A stretch of 47,728 bases of DNA, filler included, from Jimgerdemannia flammicorona (taxonomy: Eukaryota): the NCBI GenBank assembly GCA_003990765.1. It is 2 parts of 2 records of this genome, joined end to end, with 100 filler letters (N's around TTAATTAATTAA, not from the genome) between each part and the next. Parts side by side here need not be neighbours in the genome. Positions count along the whole stretch, not along the records: positions 23,919 to 47,728 come from RBNJ01001061.1; 1 more part is not named here. One strand, given 5' to 3'. The notes under the pieces are model-generated. The model had not been told where the DNA came from, made no database searches, and saw nothing but the letters and a program-made list of their open reading frames with translations. Both the position numbers and the translations under genes were made by a program. This document shows, one piece after another, positions 35,220 to 47,728 of the stretch; within the stretch, counting starts at the first letter, position 1, and every line of letters begins with the position of its first letter.

Positions 35220-38200
35220 GATAGGTTTAGTTCATAAACTTCCCTGTGAGTTCGGTTGAGAAAGGGTACCAGGTGTCCTATGATGGTTCCTTTCAGCAAG
35301 ATGACAGTTTCCCAACTTTGGTTGAATGCTTGGGAGTGTACTGGGTTCATCTTGTCAGGGAATATGTGTCCCTCTATGTCCAGGTGGGGGATATCTTCCT
35401 TGGGTTCAAAGAAAAGGTTTCTGGTATCAGGGGGTATGAAGATTTCAAAGGTTGTTTGTTCTCTGGGCTCCAGGATAAGATTTTTGTGCAGTCTAACTGG
35501 TTGCCAGTATACTTGCTGGGGAACATTCCTCTTGAGATGGTTGACTTGAAGGAGATATACTTCCTTCCTGTCTGAGCTTTCAAACCTCTTGGCTTGTCTT
35601 GTTCCTTCAGTTAGTTCAGAGACTTCTTGTAACTGTGGGGTCTTGACCTTCATGAAGACTGCTTGGGCAATCTTCTGTCCTCTAATGATTCAGTGCCATT
35701 CTGCACTACTGTTGTGTAAGGTAACCTTGATTTCGCCTGTATATCCTGGGTCAATAGTTTCTCCTTCTACATACCATTATTCCTTGTCTGGCAAGTCCAG
35801 ACCTTGAGGTCAATTGGATATAAGATCCTTGGGGTGGCTGTATAGCTAATCCAGTTCTAATTATGAAGGTTTTTCTGGGTTTGATAGATTCATCCTCCAG
35901 GCTGTGAAGATCATATCTTACATCCTCTGGGTGGGCTTTGGTCGGGGGTTTGGCCTTGGGGTGCAGCAGGGCATACTGGGCAATATCCTTGCTGAGTTCA
36001 GGCTTTCCTAAGGCTGAAGCTCCACTAGTGGGAAACCTCCAAGCTCTAAGATTGAGGTGTGGCCATCTGGCTCTAATAGAGGAGTCTCAGAGATAGTTGA
36101 TTCCCCTTCTTCCTATAGGGTCAAGGGCTTCCATGAAGTTGGTGGCATCTTCTGCCCATCCTTGGCAGGTTGCATGTCTGATGAGGGCTAGGATGTCTTC
36201 ACCTAAATCATAGATCTTGAGGGTCCTTCTCTCTTGCTTTTTGGTCTGGCTTTTTTGCATCCAGCTTTTTCGAATCTGGCTTCAGTTATCTCCTTTCTTC
36301 AAGGTGTGGACTGCAATATCATGACTGAGATGGATCTTCTGTTATCTGCAGTCTCGGCAGTCTGGGTGTCTTCCATGGTGGCAATACTCCATTGCTCAGA
36401 AATGATGTTCCTGGTTATTGATCTCTTATTGTCTTGGGAAATGGTACCCATCTTGGTCATAGGTGGGTGGAAGAGTAGACAAGGGATATATTTCTGTCTG
36501 GGTGAAGAAACCTTGTCCCCTGAATTGGCTTTGCAACTTGATGGTGACTTCTTGAAAGATAGTTGACTGTATAAGTGTGTTCAGGAGTTCTGGTCCCTGG
36601 GGTCTCTGTCTCTCCTGTTGGTCCAACAGATGACACTGATAACAGTAGTCTTGGGGAGAGTGGAAGACCATTAGGTGTGGACATCTTTCTAGCTGAAAAG
36701 CCTTCTCTTAGTGAGTTTCTTTCTTGGGGATAATGGTAATTATACTGGGTCCTTCTTCTATATTCCAAGGGTCATTATCCTCAGGTGGTATTCATGAGGG
36801 TCATCCCAGGAAATGAGTTTGGAGACTTCTTCCTCTTCAGGTATTTCTTGTTCAGGAACTTCTTAGTCAGAAGTTTCTTCTTCCTCAGATGATTCTTGAC
36901 CCAAAATCACATGTATTTCTGCAGCTTCAGTTGCAGGTATGTCTGGAACATGTCTGTATTTCTTCTTCTTTCTACACTCTGGGCAAGCTGTGCCAGGTGA
37001 TTTCCTTGTTCCCATGATCTTGAAGGAGTGCTCAGGACACTTGTGTCTCTTGAGGTATATAGGGCATCCTTTGGCTTCTCCTGCAATGGCTCCAATGGTG
37101 ATAGGGATGGTGTTCTTGGCTCACACATTGTCTTCTGGTCTATCATCCACCAGATTAATCCAGGGATTGAGTCTGGGATCATTTCCATCTTCAGATTCTT
37201 CTTCTTCTGTAGTAAACTTCTCACTGCTGGCATATTCTTCCTGAATAGTGACCTTCTTCTTCTTCTTTGATTGCTCATAGCTAGTCATCTTAACTCTGTA
37301 CTTCTTGTCTTAGTAGTCAAACTTGAGTACTTATTGGCCAATATCAACAACTGCATTCATTTCCTTCATCCAGTTGATGCCAAGAATCATGTCATTGGTG
37401 ATAGCTTCAGTGACAACAGCTTTGGGGATGGAGAACTGAATGTGTCCAAGGGAGATGGTGATATTTTATACTTCTCCCAGGGGTTGAGTTCAGGCTCCAT
37501 CTACTACTATAATGCTGAGGTTGGATGGTCCATCAATGGGCCATTAGAGGGTGTCCAGGAACCATTTGGCAATAACACAGACAGCTGCTCCTGTGTCTAT
37601 GAGGATCTTTGCCTTTTGTCCTCCAATATCTCCATATAGATAGGTACTGATATGTCTTTCAGCTGCCTGGATAGAGGTGGGAACTAGTTCTTGCTGTGGG
37701 ATTGGGACTTGGCCAGTGCTAGACCCGGTGGTTCTCAGCAATTTGTTTCATACTCCAGCTGGTGTCAGTTGCAGGAACTGCAGGAGGGGGACTTTTATTT
37801 TGGCCTCTTGAATCTTCTGCCAGGCTTCATTGTAGATGTCTCTAGGCATGATCTTTGGGGTATACTTTTTCTTGGACTTTGGGGCAACAGGTTCCCATTC
37901 TTCTTGTTCCATTTCTTCATCCTCTGATGGCAACTCATTTGTCTTGGAGACAAAAGGTGAGGGAGTTCAGGGAGGTGTTTCTGCTTACTCTTCCTCATAT
38001 TCTTCATCTTATTCTTGGATGATTCTTCTGCTGATGTTCCTGGATGGCCTTCTTATAGATATCTTCCTTTTCTCTGCTGGGTAAACTGTTTTTCAGGAGG
38101 TAACCTTGGTAGGGTACAAGTCTTGGTCACTATAGTCTTTACTGTCACTTGCTTCCTCAAAATCTTCTATAGAATAGGCTTCAGTCTTCTTGTACTGAGT

Positions 38201-39157
38201 ATCATTCCTTCAGTTTGATAGTTCTGAGTCCCTTTGATCACTTCTTTTGTTGTCATATTTGGTGGCATAGTGTTCAAATTATCTACAATAGAAGCATTGG
38301 ACTTGGGTTCTATCTCGGACAGGATATCTGCTTTCTTCTTACTGATAATTTCTGTTATATTTTGGTGGATAACCTTGGCTCCTCTGTGGTGGGTATCCTC
38401 TGTTGTCTTGGTAGCCCTGATTTTCATATATAGTGAGTTTTTCAATCTGTCTAATCAGCCAGTCTAACTTGGAGCTGAGGTCTTGAATTTCACTTCTATC
38501 CTTCTTTCCTTCCTTGGCTGGCCTTCTTTCTTTGGATCTTCCTTGTCCTTGGAGATGTCCCTGTAGGGCTTTGACCAGGATGTCTTCTTTCTCTTCTTTC
38601 CTATCATGATTGCTCCAGGTAGTTTCTTGTCTGACATCAAAGAATTCTTAGACTGCATCTACTTGCTCTTCAGACCTTCTAATGCCTAGGGTGTGGACAT
38701 GCTGGGTAATGTTTGGGGAAATTCCATTCATGAAGGTCATTGGGCCTATGATGTCCTGGTTGGTAGCATTGAACCCAGCAGCATACATTCTCTTCTGGAT
38801 TCTTGTGAAGAAGGCTCTGAGTGATTCTCCAAGATTCATCTTCATCTCTATGATGGATTCTTGGGCCTTGTGGCAGGTTTCATTTCCTGCATACTTTTTG
38901 ATAAGCCAGTGGACCATGGCCTCATATTCTAGCTCATAAGACATTGCTGCTTATATCTGTCTTGCTAGTTCTAAATCTGAGTTATTTGCTGTTCAGTGGA
39001 AAATTTCTCAGGCTGGTTCCCTGAGCTGAGCCTTATAGATGGCAATTTTTCTTTCATCTGAGAGATTCCTCAGAGCTGCGATTCCTTCAATTCCATCAAG
39101 GAATTCTCTGGGGTCTTCCTCTGAGTATCCTGCAAAGGTTGGCAATGAGGTGGCCAT
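35160..39157 (-). pseudogene. gag: ORF1 of copy B (Gag-PR-Cys/His region-dUTPase)
   Basis: MSYELEYEAM Gag segment, CFYC knuckle, ILIDTGA protease, dUTPase at ~35570-35924. Confidence 0.87.
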
Positions 39158-39680
39158 TTCATTGTCACTTTCTTCTGATTCTTGTTTGGGTTCAGATCCT
39201 GATTCTGATTCACTTTCTGAACTGTTACTGGAGATATGGGTGCTTGGGTATCTTGGGGATGGTGTTCAGGACAGTGGAATAAGCCTAGGTATTCTTGTAG
39301 GAGCTGCTTCCAATTCTGCAAGGGGTTGTGGTAAAGGTTCTATTAGCAAGGTTGGTGGGACTGATATGGGGCATCTGGCTGTAAGGTCTTAGGTTTGTGT
39401 GATAAGATCTTCTAGTTCTTGTGCAAGTTCTTCGACATTTCTAGCAGGGCTGCCGGTATTGTCTGGTTGATCTGGTTGGGGATTTTGGGCTGTACTGCCT
39501 TCTGGTTGGGAACCTTCTGATGCTGGGTAGTTGGCAAGTTTTGATGTGATTACTTCTCTTCCTGTCCAGATGCTGGTGATAACTGGTTCTCCTGTAGTGG
39601 CAGAGGTTGGTATTGTATCAAATGTATCCAGTTTGACTGTGGGTTCTTGTGAGCTGAAAAGTCATGTTAATTTTGAAATC

Positions 39681-39698
39681 TTCCCAGTTGAGCCCCCA
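39681..39698 (-). promoter_or_regulatory. 18-nt primer-binding site TGGGGGCTCAACTGGGAA (tRNA-Pro type)
   Basis: 2 nt inside the 5' LTR; complement TTCCCAGTTGAGCCCCCA has the form of a tRNA 3' end with CCA. Confidence 0.85.
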
Positions 39699-39700
39699 AA

Positions 39701-41000
39701 TGTAATGTGCCTGGCTCAATGGAGGCAAATTACAAGGTTGGGGGTTGATGTGGTTTGGCTTGAGCCCCCAGTTACTTTGTCTAAAAGCAACAAAATGTTC
39801 TAAGATACCTAAGGTCCTTGGTGTTTAGTGGTATAATAGTCAAAGCTGGATATCTGTGAGCGATTTCCTTATTGGGACGGTTCTCTGGGTGTAGTGGTGA
39901 TTTGTGTGTGAACGGACTCCCTTCTTGGGTCAACTGGGAATTGGTAGAAATTCGTGTGTAGCGTGACGATCTTCCTTATGCATTTATGCATGACGGTCTG
40001 CCAATTTGGCGGTTTTCCTTCTTGAGTGGCAGGTGATCTCTGTGTGATGACCTTGTGTAGCGCGACTGGGTTCCTTATGTGGGACGATCTGGTTTCCTTC
40101 TTGAGTGGCGGTGACCTCCAAAAGTATGCGATTTCTGGCGGATAACTCGATTTGGCACAGATTCTCTTAAATCGGCGGACTTCTGGGAATAATAACTCAG
40201 ATGGCACGGATAATTCGGATAACTGGGAATAATGCTGGCAGCAGATTCTCTGTACCAGGCTCACTGGGAACAACGAATAACTTGGATGTCGTGTAACTCG
40301 GGTGGTGCGGACTCTTCCTGAATCAGCGGCTTCAACTGGGAATGCGGATAACTCGAAAATGGCAGATGACGTGGATTCTCCGGAATCGGCGGCTCTCTGG
40401 GAAATAACTCGGATGGCGCAGATTCTTCCTGAATCGGCAGCTTCAACTGGGAAACGTGCTGGCGGCTTTTTGGGAAAGGGTCTCTTGGCAAAGTTGCGTC
40501 AAAGACTGGCTTCGTTTGTGCGAACGGGTCACAATAATTCCAAAGGTGGTGAAGTTCTTCCTTGAACTTGGGCGGCAAACTCGGATTCTTCAGGCTTAGT
40601 CTGGCAAGCATACCAAAAATGGACTCGTTCTTTGTATCGGAAAGTGGACCGGAGTGGGGAAATAAGCTCACAATCTCCTAGCAGTGGCTGTAGAGTTCCT
40701 CTCGAAGTGTGGTAGGTAGACTTGTCTTTTGCTTCAATTTTGGACTGAGGTTTTATTCACTCTTGTCTCTGGGGTAATTTATACATTGTGGTTGCTATCT
40801 GGTTACTATGTGGCTAATTATAGGTTTGCTACTTATGGCAGGTGTACAGAGTCTGTACAGGTAAACAGACCCTATCTGGTATGTCTGGCTAATTATACAG
40901 ATTCTGCAGCAATGGTTGCTGGTTACTATGCTGTGTGTTCACATCATCTTGGCTAATTGTTCACGTCATCTCATTAAGGTAAACGCCTTGGTTTGTCACA
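39701..41000 (-). repeat. 5' LTR of copy B (1300 bp)
   Basis: Minus strand TGTGAC...ATTACA. Confidence 0.96.
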
Positions 41001-41150
41001 GTATAGAATGTTGGAGGGATATTTCATAAACTGTACATGGTATACCATTATATTAAACTATTTAAAATCATTCACATAAATTAAACAAAGTTTTCTTCAA
41101 TGTAGCCTGTCCCTAAAAGGTTAGTGGCAAAGTATCATAAAGGGATAGCA

Positions 41151-41678
41151 CATTAAATCCCTGCTTGCTTGATCTAGTTGATGCCTGCTAACCAACTCCC
41201 TATCCGATAGTTAAGAATAATTGTTTTGAATGTTTGTATTTGGGCAAATGCCTGCATGAGGAAGACTCTCTTGCATGTGATACATTGGTTGGTTCATTAA
41301 GAACCTGACAAGGAGTATATCAGAGGGAGGTGGGAGGGTGTGAAATTGTAAAGTAACATCTATGCATATGAAGCAGAATGACAGTGCAAGCAAATTGAAA
41401 GCAAAAGCAGGAGAAGGATGAACATTTGACTACACTATATATACAGATGTCCAAGTACTTGGATTCATTAAACAGGTAATTGTGAAACATGTCTTTAACA
41501 TGCTATCCCTTTTGGAATCCCTTCATTAAATCTCTTCTTGCTTGATCTAGTTGATGCCTGCCAACCAACTTCCAATCTGATAGTTAAGAATAATTGTTTT
41601 GAATGTTTATATTTGCACAAATGCCTGCATGAGGAAGACTGTCTCGAATTTGATGCATTGGTCAGTTTACTAAGAACC
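41151..41678 (+). repeat. Diverged ~155-bp direct repeat (41151-41305 and 41524-41678)
   Basis: Shared CTTGCTTGATCTAGTTGATGCCTGC...GATAGTTAAGAATAATTGTTTTGAATG...CAAATGCCTGCATGAGGAAGAC...TAAGAACC. Confidence 0.85.
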
Positions 41679-42042
41679 CAACCCAAGAATGTATTTGTAA
41701 TGTTATATTCAAGAAGACCTACATGAGACATAAGAACAGTGTTTGTGTACCTGTGGTTGAGGGTCTCTGCCTAAGTGTTTGTCAGATTATAGTCAAGAAG
41801 TTTGCCTGAGGCATAGGTATGATAGAGTATCTGTGTACATACTTATGGTTAAGAGTCTCTGCACAATCTATAAATTTATGGATATACTTAGAATTATAGT
41901 GATTATGAGTAACATATATGCCCATGGCAAGAGATAGAGTATTTATCCAAAAGGCCAAGCCATCTTTCTCCGGTAACATTCAGGTTACACAATCTTTTGG
42001 CAACACTTTCGACACAGTTTCTAGAGACAAGCTACTAGTATC

Positions 42043-44058
42043 ATGGCTACCGACAGGAATCCTGAGGTGTGTACTGGGCAGGGTGGCCCTGGAGTGTTTG
42101 GATGGCAGCATGTGGAGAGAGGACCTAGCTTGGGGGGAAGCATGAGGGGCCTGCTGGCAGGAGGACGTGGTGGAGGAGGAGGCAGGGCTGGAGGGCAAGG
42201 GTCTGCCGGCAACAATGGGGGAAGATCTGGATTCCCGAGCTTCGCAGACAAGGTCAAGGGGAGTGGGTGGCTAGCTGGTAATAGGGCTGGTGCTGCGGAG
42301 GGAAAGGGCAAGGCGAGCCTAGGGAGGGGGGGTGGTGCTCTGGCTGGGAGTGCAGGAGTAGGGGCTGGAGGGGCGGTGGCAGGGGGTGTGACTGTTGATG
42401 GGGGCATAACGGGGAATCAGGAAAAAAAAAGAGATGTGACGGCTGATGGCCAGGTGGGGCAGGAGGTCTCAATGCGGAAGGGGGACCTGGCCAATGGTGT
42501 TATGGGGCTGGCGGTGGCACCATTACTTAAGAAGTCGATCTCAGAGTTTGCAGTGACTCTGTGCTTCTGAGGCTTAGGGGTGACAGCAAGGATGGTCTTG
42601 GGGCTTATCTTGAAGCAGGTGGCTGGGGCAGCTTCAGTGAAATTCCTGAGGGGTCTGGAGGGAGTTGAGGTGGGCTTTGAGGAGGTGGGCCCACTGGAAG
42701 AGATGCTGAGGGCAGGAGTGGCAGTTGGCGAGGTGGTGGTCCCCATGATATGCTGTTTGAGGTGAGACCCCAGGGTGGTGCAGCTGCTGGTGAAGGGGGT
42801 GCCCACAGTGACAAAGGAGGAGACAAGGAGGAGGGTAGAGGAGGTGATGGTGGAGTATAGAGATGTGGTGGATATTGGCTTCCAGGTGTGGGAGGGGACA
42901 ATGATCAGGACTGGTGATGTTGATGTCAGGATTCGGCTGGCAGGGAGGGAGGCCACGGGCAAGGCTGGTGACTGGCCCTCAGTGTTGATGTGGGGGGCCT
43001 TCATTTGTAAGGTGTTGAGGGTGAAGGGGAGTGAGAAGGAGGAGGAGGATTTGTTGGAGGCATTGGAGGAGATGAGTGGTGCAGTGGAGCGGCAGGCAAA
43101 GGCCTGGAAGCTTTATGAGGAGTCGACGCACTTGGAGATTGTGGAGGGGAAGCGTATCCGCACTGACAAGAGGTAGTGGGAGCAGGCTCAGGGGCACTTG
43201 AGACAGAGGGAGCTCTTGGCAAGTATGACTGGAGGGGAGAAGAGGAAGGTTGATGGGGCTGAAGGGTCTGGAGGTGTCAAAGCCAGTGTATGGGCTAGCG
43301 AAGGTGGCAAGGAGCCGGTGGTGACAGAAGAATGGGCTGCAAAGGCACTGGGCAGGGATCCCTATACAGATGGTACTTTCGAGGTCTGGGAGGAGGAGTT
43401 GGATGGTACCCCCCCCCCACTTATCAGGAGGGGCCCGGTGGGGCGGAGAGGAGCAGTGGAAGATGTACCGATGAAGGGGGCCCAGCAGGTTACCTTTGGG
43501 GTCCCAGATGTGGCAAAGAGGGCCAGGTGGTGGCTGTTGGTGAGGACGAGCTGGTGGACATCCCAGAAGAGGAGTGGAATGAGGATGCCAGTGTGGGTGT
43601 GGATACTACAATGCTGGATGCAGGGCAGCCAGGGACCCCTGGAGGGAAGGAGATCGGGAATCTGCTGTGGATGAGCAGGTGATGGATAACTTGCAGCTGA
43701 GGAGTTGGGGGAAGTGGATCTGAGGGTTAAGCCAGAGGAGCACTGGGCACAGATTCTGTGAGGTACGGGAGTGGTGGAGGCGCTGCAGATGGAGATTCTT
43801 ATGATACTGCTGGAGGAAGAGGGTTATGAGATGGATGAGGTGAGGAAGGCAGAGCTGGTGGTTGTTGCGGGTGAGCGGGTGGCCTACTGTTGGGCAGAAT
43901 GCCATGGTTTGCAGTTCTGGCAGGAGGCCTGTAGGGAGTATAGGGAGGACTTTGAGGAGAAAGAGAATGGGGCAATAGTTGAACTTCTGGAGGGATTGGA
44001 GGCACAGGGAACTGAGAGGAAGGAACTGGCTGCAGGACATGACTTGGATTTGGCATAG
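42043..44058 (+). pseudogene. LINE ORF1 with a Gly-rich N-terminus and premature stops
   Basis: Fragments starting 42043, 42580, 42775, 43198 and 43771 share one frame; SFADKVKG motif; lies upstream of ORF2. Confidence 0.7.
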
Positions 44059-44113
44059 GTGGACTTGAGTGCGGATTTGTAGAGGGGAGGTTTTATCTTT
44101 AACAATATTCCTC

Positions 44114-47100
44114 ATGAACAGTACAACTAACATTTTCTTTCTCAATGTGAATGGTCTTCGAGAATCTGGGCGGCATAAGAACATTTTTACTTGGCTAAAG
44201 GGATTGGAGGCTGATCTCTTTTTACTGCAGGATGTACAGTGTGAGGATGAGGATGACTGGGTGGAATGGACTAAGGAATGGGGTGGGGCTACTACTTGGT
44301 TTGGAAAGGTAGCAATTCTGTTGAAGAAGGGTAGAGGAGAGTTGGAAGGGATCAAGAACTGGGGAGATCGACTGGTCTGGGGTGAATGGCACCAGCCAGG
44401 GTGGGAATCAGTGAGGGTGGGCTCATGCTACTGCCCGGTGGCTAGGGGAGAGAGGATTGCATGGATCAAGGAACTACTGGAGGAGGGTGTTCTCTTGGAG
44501 GATGGGGTTGATGTTCTTAGTGGTGATTTTAACATGGTTCGAGATTTGCAGTTGGATAGGACTGATGGAGGAAGAAATGCTGGTGGGAGGAGTGGCAGTC
44601 TGGATGCATAGGAGGAGGTGGAAAACCTTAGCTCCTTAGGGGATATTGGCTGAACATGGTGGGGCGACACCAGGGTCTACATGCACTGGGTGAATAGCTT
44701 AGGGACAAGGATTGACTGGATTCTGACAGCTGAATGTTGGGGTGCTGATGTCTGGAAGACTTTGGAGGTGGTGTGGTGCCTGTGGTCTGATCACTGGGGA
44801 CTGATTGGGCAGGGGCAGTTTGCGGGGAGTGGAGATGGACCCGGACATTGGCATCTTAACTCCTCCCTGCTGGCCGAGAAGGGGTTGTGGGACTCATGGG
44901 TAGAGGATGTACAGGCAAAGATTCTGTTTTGGAGGCAGGAGGGTTTATCTGTGGGTGTCCGTTAGATGAGATTGAAGGAGGCTGCAAGGGTTTATTGGGG
45001 AGGAGCTGGTAGGGAGGCAGGAAGAAGGAGGAGGAGGCGAATACAGTCTGCATCCAATAGGTTGAGGAGATTGCAGTTGGAGTGGGCAGATTTGCTTGCG
45101 TCTGATGAGGTGGAGGATTGGAGGTTAGTGAGGGCGAAATTGGAGGTTGTAGAACTGCAACAGGTATTGTGAGAGGAGGAGGAGATTCATATGCGAGGTA
45201 TGGCAGCCAGGCTTAGATGGCAGGGGCTTGAGGAGGGGGAGCGGCCTACTAGGTACTTGTCTAGGCTCCTCAAAGCCAGGTGAGTGAGGCATAGGTGGGA
45301 TGGGATCTTGGATGCTGAGGGAGAGCTGGTGCTTGGCACGCAGCAGATCCTGGGAGTGTTGAAGGAGAATTGGTGGGGTCTGTGGGGTGAGGAAGAAGGG
45401 GGTGCTGATGCAGAGGCGATTGGTGACACACTGGAAGAGTGGGAGCCACCACAGGTAGAGGGTCTGGGTGACTTGGCCTTACCTGTCTAAGAGGAGGAGA
45501 TACAAGGTGTCCTGGCAGCAACTAAGCTTGGGATGGTGCCAGGGGAGGATGGGTTACCATGGGACTTCTGGAAGAAGATGGTGGAAGTCCCAGAGATGCT
45601 GGGTGAGATGGCAGCCCTCTGTGACCATGTTCTTCTGAATGGCATGTGGATTGGTGAGCAGGACTTAGGGTTGGTTGCCCTATTGTACAAAGATAAGGGC
45701 CGACGTGAGGATTGGAAGAACTGGAGGCCAATCATGCTGCTGGATATGGATCAGAAGTTGGTGACTAAGGTGATTGTTGCAAGGCTACAGAAGGTTGCTC
45801 AACAGGTGCTGGGGGAGGAGCAACAGGGCTTTGTAGGTGGTAGACTTATAAGAGATGGAACTGCCTGGGTACATGGCATTATTGAAGGAGCCCGGGCCTG
45901 TGGACTGGATGGGAGACTGGTCTTTTTGGATCAAGAGAAGGCCTACGACCATGTTCGGCGGGTTTGGTTGGGCAAGGTACTGGACAGGATTGGCGTTCCA
46001 CCACAGTTTCAAGCCTCTATGTTGAGTTTGTTGGAAGGGAGTCAAGCGGCGCTGATGTGTAATAGTCACAGGGGTTTGGCGTTCCCCTTGGGGAGAGGAG
46101 TCCCTCAGGGGGACCCACTGTCCCCTATCCTTTATGCACTCTCCTTGGAACCTTTGATGGACAGGATCCATAAGAGGGTGACTGGGCTCTCTGTATATGG
46201 TGTGGAATGGAAGGTGGGGGCCTTTGCAGATGACATGGTAGTTGGACTTGGATCAGTAGCAGATGTAGAGGCTCTTCGGGAAACAGTAGAGTGGTATGAG
46301 GCACACTCTGGAGCAAAGCTCAACTGGCATAAATGTGAGACAATGGTGCTGGGGAATGGGCTAGTGGGAGGAGATGTCATTGGAACAATTGTCCCCACAG
46401 GAGAGGTGGTGTGGTACCTCAGTATCTTCCTCTCTGTATATGGATCAGTCCTACCACAGATATGGTGAGAGAGGAGGGTGGCCATTTGGGGAGAGGCTCT
46501 AAAAGGCTGGGGGGGTCGTCACATCTCCCTGGCAGGGAGGGTGGCAATTCTGAATGTATACTGGTTCCCCAAGCTGTGGTATGTGGCATATCACTTAGAC
46601 TTTCCCGCTTGGGTGGTGAAGAGGCTGATGAAACTAGCTAGGGAGTGGATTTGGGCTGGTAGAAGGGCCCAGATCAGTTGGGATACCCTTGTCGAGCCAG
46701 TGCTTAGGGGAGGCCTGGGCCTTGTGGATTTCCCTAAGCGTCTACACTGCCTGCGAGCTTGGTGGTTGAGAAGGGCTGTTGATCTACAGGGTGGAGGTTG
46801 GGTGCCATTGATGAAGAAGGTGTGGGAGATGAGAGTCTCCCCCTGGGGGTCCACTGGGGATCTACTCTCTTTGGTGGGTCTGAATAGAAGCCAATGGTTA
46901 CAGTATAAGGGCTTCTGGTGGGGAGTGGTTGATGGGGCACACCAGATAGGCCTGCGCTGGCATGGAAATGAGGGGGAGGAGGTATGGGGTCCAGCTATGT
47001 GGCGATGGGACTGTCTGCTTCTAGGGGGAGTTCCACTAGCTGAGTTTGACATTGGCGATGGAGTAGAGTGTCAGTGGCGAATTGGCCAGGATCTTTGGCC

Positions 47101-47650
47101 AAGTAGCTGGCAGGCAGTGAGGATTGGTGAAGAGTGGGATTGGGCAAGGATCTGGTCTTGGAGTATGGAGGTCCGGTGGTGGCTCCCTCCCAAGTTCTGG
47201 GTAGTGTGGTGGCATATGTTGCAGAGGAATGTTATGTTGAACTTCCATGCTGGGCATCTGGTGGATGGGGGTCAGCTGGATTGTGAGGAGTGTTATAATG
47301 TTGGGCAAGTTGGGGGTTTTGTGCAAATGCCAGAACATTGGCTGGGGGAGTGTGAGGTTCTGGGTGACTTTTGGATAGCTGTAGGGGACCACCTTGGGGT
47401 TGAAAGGAGACCAGATGGGGAGAGAGATCACTGGGAAGATCTGGAATCTAGACTTGTGGGAGGTGTCAGTAATAGGTGGCTTACTGTAGAATGGGTTGTG
47501 GCAGTGTGGGTGGGGTTGGCTGGACATTGGCTCTTTGTTTTTGAGGAGGGGTGACAGATAGGGATACAGGAGAAGTTATTGAGATAGGAGGAGTTGGTGG
47601 CAGATTTGTTGACAGGGTGGTGGGTTGGGTGGGGACTGCAGGGTGGGTGA
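44114..47650 (+). pseudogene. LINE ORF2: APE endonuclease, reverse transcriptase and C-terminal CCHC
   Basis: LNVNGLR, YCP, GDFN, RIDWIL, SDH; PGEDGLP, WRPI, LDQEKAYD, GVPQGDPLSP, FADD; CEEC...EHWLGEC. Confidence 0.93.
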
Positions 47651-47728
47651 CGTTGCTGTCTGGTGGAAGGGATCTGTGAGCAGAGTGGTGGGCGGGTAGT
47701 GATGATGTTTAATAAAGTGGTTTTTCGT

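Larger units (their letters stand above)
30806..41000 (-). mobile_element. Full-length Ty3/Gypsy LTR retrotransposon with dUTPase (copy B), inactivated by point mutations
   Basis: Paired TG...CA LTRs; 4-bp TSD GTAT (30802-30805 and 41001-41004); interior collinear with copy A. Confidence 0.97.
41990..47728 (+). mobile_element. Near-full-length non-LTR retrotransposon (LINE, L1/Tx1-like), mutated; 5' end approximate
   Basis: ORF1 plus ORF2 (APE-RT-CCHC); AATAAA at 47711-47716 near the window end; strongly G-rich sense strand. Confidence 0.93.

Noticed and set aside
42021..44355. Long Pro/Ser-rich minus-strand ORFs over the LINE
   Set aside because: Antisense shadows of a G-rich coding strand; no recognisable motifs

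Overview
Eukaryotic, transposon-dense DNA, most likely fungal; the host cannot be named from sequence alone. The window is two contigs joined by an artificial 100-bp linker (N44-TTAATTAATTAA-N44, 23819-23918), so the halves need not be adjacent in the genome. It holds two full-length but mutated copies of one Ty3/Gypsy family (28-10622 +, 30806-41000 -) and a solo LTR of that family (13726-14983) nested in the integrase of an old Ty1/Copia element. Also present are a decayed chromovirus fragment, a decayed Ngaro/DIRS-type tyrosine-recombinase retrotransposon, a near-full-length LINE with two 3' stubs of a related LINE, and a probable long LTR of a third element that carries an ORF. The Gypsy family has an unusual layout, shared by both copies: Gag-protease-Cys/His region-dUTPase in one ORF, a -1 slippery site before RT-RNaseH, integrase as a separate ORF coupled by an ATGA overlap, and an extra non-env ORF with a helical YYxIG core and an acidic/aromatic tail. 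Each LTR variant has its own array of 17-bp TGT-N11-ACA palindromes upstream of the TATA box. The LTRs keep CpG while the interiors have lost it. My leading hypothesis, which is inference, is an element-encoded, subfamily-specific transactivator or anti-silencing protein paired with cognate LTR sites. No intact host gene could be identified.
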